From the human T2T-CHM13v2.0 reference genome, Homo sapiens: a stretch of 64,000 nt of DNA. The stretch is taken from NCBI RefSeq assembly GCF_009914755.1, contig NC_060930.1; one strand, given 5' to 3'. The translations under genes were made by a program, and so were the position numbers. The notes under the pieces are model-generated. The model was not told the DNA's origin. It was given only the letters and a program-made list of their open reading frames with translations, and ran no database searches. This document shows positions 61,009 to 64,000 of this stretch, in pieces. Position 1 is the first letter of the stretch, and every line of letters begins with the position of its first letter.

Positions 61009-63019
61009 TTTCACGATCAGGATTCCTTCAAGACAGGAGCTAGGTAAGATACTAAACATGAGGAGTGTAGTTTAATTATCTGTGCTGGATCTTTCACTTC
61101 CTTGCTTCAAGATTATTTTACTCCTATTTCACACTATTCTCCCTTTTACCTACAGAAGGATAGTATGCAATTTCCAGGAAACAAAAGTACAATACCCTAT
61201 ATCCTTCCTACTCCCTCAATGCATTTCCTGTTGCAAACATCTGGTTTTCTATATCTTAGCTGCACTTGTATAACCCAGGGACAACTCAACTGTAACACTC
61301 AAAAACAGAACAGCAACAGTGACAACAAATAAGGTGAGCTTTCCTGAAACAGACACAAATTCCAAATGTGCTCTACAAAAGTAGAACTGCCAGAGATATT
61401 CCAACCACAACTCCCAAAACCAAGTATCAAGTCTTTGCACAAGGTCTTTGAACTTTTTCCTCTCTCTCTATTCCAGAACCATCACTCCATTTCAGGTCTT
61501 GTAATAATCTGTCTGAATACACAACTGCATGGTCACTCTCAAACACCATTTTTGCCTTAAGCACCTTAGAACCTACAGAAGCCAACTGGATTTAAATCAA
61601 AATTATTCAGTTTAGGCCCACCAACTGGCCCTACCACACTTATTTGAACAGTCAAACTCTCAGTTCCTACAGAAAGAGTCAGGCAAAGGTTCTGGTGCCC
61701 TCAGGCCTAGGGATGCAAAGTACACAATCATACCTGCCCTTCAGGGCGTGCCTACACCCTTCTAATTCCACATTATCCCAGGTCTGACAGGAAAGTGGGA
61801 AACCAATTCTGCTTCAGAGTAAAGAAAAGCTCACTAGCTACTTCATCCCTCCTCTATCTAGTCTCCCTTATGTGGGGATAACATATATAAGACCATCATC
61901 ACACTACCTACTGCATCCCCAAAGTCCCTCCAAAATGGGAAAATCTTAAATGAGCAGGTCTATAACCATCCAGACATTCTCCTAGGAGCCAGTCTTTTGT
62001 GCCAGAGTTAGCTACTCTGCCAACAAGCCCCCGGCATGCCGTACAAACTGTTCCCTCAAAGTTTAATTTTCAAATTATAGTTTCCTATTAACTCTGTATT
62101 CTTGGTGAGATGTTAAGCTTATGTGATGATGGCAAAACCCAAATTTCTGTATCCCCAATTTGTGGCCCAGTGTTTTGTGCAAGATGGATGGGCACTCAAT
62201 ATTTGCTGAACGGACAAATAACATTCAATCAGTAAACAGCTATGAGGAAGGTGCAGACTCTGAACTGGATTCTGTCACAGCTTCACTTTCCCACAGAAAC
62301 AGGTCTGCCTGATTAAACTACTGACACACTGTAGATCAGACAGCTCTCTCACAAGCCACTGGACACTCTTCTCTAGAGGGGGATGCTTTGCAAAGACATC
62401 TCAATTCCTTGATGGGTTAGCACAGCCAGGCAGAGGAGAATGTCTGATACAACTAAAGCAGCTGTTATCATTCACAGGGAATCTGGTTGGGTCAAAATTC
62501 TTAATTGCAGACAACAGAATCCAACTTGATTAGTTTAAGATAATGATTTATTAAGGGATAAAAATAGTTTACAGAATCACTAGGAGAGCTCAAGAAACAC
62601 AGGCCAAGGTTCCAAGAACAATTCTTAAAACCACATTGCAGAACTGGACTGCCAAGGGAGTTGCTGTCTCTGGGGTGGATCAGGAAGATGCCAAATAAAA
62701 GCCACCAGCCAAATCAGGAAGTTAACACTATAGCTGCCAATTCCAAAACCATTATCTCCTTTGTCTAAATGTGTGCCACCAAAACAGATGGGCCTGCTGC
62801 TCTCAGAACACGCCCTCCTTGTGACTAAAGCAATCTTGTTCAAGTGCTTTGTATTGGGGATATCTAAATATCATCAAGGAGACTTAGTTGCATTCCTTAC
62901 CTGAGTTTAGGAAAAGTGCTTTTTAACTTTCTAGTCTCTCCATGTCAGAAGAGTATTGGAATGGGTGTGGAGACCACCAAACCACAGTCCATCCCTCAAA
63001 GAGCATTTCTCTCCACAAG

Positions 63020-63380
63020 ATCCATCAGGAGAAATTCTCAGAACACTCACTGGTAACAATTCAATACTCTACTGCAGTAGTATCTCAAAATCACCAGAGG
63101 TCCTATTAAAATCAGATTCTGATACAGTAGATCTGGGTTGGGGTCTGAGATTTTCCATTTCTAACAAGCTCCTGGCTGATGCTGATGTTGCTGGTCCATC
63201 AATTACACTCTGAGTAGCAAGAGCTTAAACCAGGGATTATCTATGGTTCACCACCGTTTTTATAAATAAGGCTTCACTGGAACATAGCCAGGCCCATTTG
63301 TTTATGTATTGTACTGTCTATGGCTACTTTTGCCCTATAATGGCAGAGTTAAATAGCTGTGACAGAGATTGTATGGCCTG
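63020..63380. mobile_element. MER5-like (63020-63215) and MER58-like (63230-63380) hAT fossils
   Basis: cagattctgatacagtagatctggg...atttctaacaagctcc...tgatgctgatg; cactggaacatagccaggcccatttgtttatgtatt. Confidence 0.75.
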
Positions 63381-63589
63381 TATAATAAATTTTTTCTCAC
63401 TCTAAAATTACATATTATCTATCCATTCTTTTTTAGAGTAAACATATATTGGCACATTCCAATGTAAGCTAAATTTCTAACAAAATAAACATTTTATCTT
63501 CTCTTATTGGCCATGCTTTTAAATTGCTTTAAAGTCTAAGAGGTTTCTCAAAGTCAAATCCTAGACGGTGACGGCTTAGTAGTTTAAAC

Positions 63590-63970
63590 ATGGAACCGAC
63601 ATTCCCTTTGCCAGGAAGTTTAAGCATAAGCATACAAAGCAACTCTGAAACACCGACATAAAGAGTCTGCTGGGGGACCCTTTGGGGAAAATTTCTTTTC
63701 TCTCAAATAAAGAGACCCATGAGGTGAAACTGTGTGTCCTGCATTTGAAAAGAATGTGTAAGGATAGAGCTGTGATAACCATCTTGTCACTACAAGGAGA
63801 CAAGCCCGCAAACAAAAGCCAAGGATGGCAGAAGAGAAAGAAGGGAAGCACTTGGGCTCTTAATACTGCTGAGTCAGCCAACCTGGGACTTCTTATTATG
63901 CGATATAATAAGCCTGTTACAGAACAGTAAGGGGCATAATATTATTTTCAGCTGCATACATCCTAAGTGG
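63590..63970 (+). mobile_element. MLT1-type LTR remnant
   Basis: ggatggcagaag...ttcagctgcatacatcctaa MaLR-like motifs. Confidence 0.55.
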
Positions 63971-64000
63971 TAGAGTGATACATAATTCACAAAGGACATT

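Noticed and set aside
62896-62920. Minus-strand cAG|GTAAG as a recursive splice site
   Set aside because: The pyrimidine tract is short and interrupted; such motifs are expected by chance in tens of kb.

Overview
Primate (human or great ape) genomic DNA containing the 3' part of NUDT3 (DIPP1, a Nudix diphosphoinositol-polyphosphate phosphohydrolase) on the minus strand. Three coding exons are present (19284-19328, 17094-17178, 12396-12574), all with canonical AG/GT boundaries and a continuous frame. They are followed by a 3'UTR that probably runs to about 3325, with several candidate AATAAA signals. Positions 19329-64000 form one long intron; the upstream exons are not in the window. The rest is dominated by interspersed repeats: more than 50 Alu copies or fragments, L1, L2, MIR, solo LTRs (LTR13A-like, MER21-like, MLT1) and DNA-transposon fossils. 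Apart from two ORFs overlapping real exons, the supplied ORFs are repeat-derived or random. I see no new gene or novel biological system. The most unusual signals are locally templated copies in the intron: a two-part composite insertion at about 52 kb, an inverted insert in an L1 at about 36.3 kb, and a 67-bp gap-free inverted repeat at about 60.9 kb whose mismatches are mostly G-U wobbles in the NUDT3 sense RNA. There are also two tiny poly(A)-tailed retro-insertions with TSDs and two three-level nested transposon stacks. Repeat boundaries and subfamily names were assigned by eye and are approximate.
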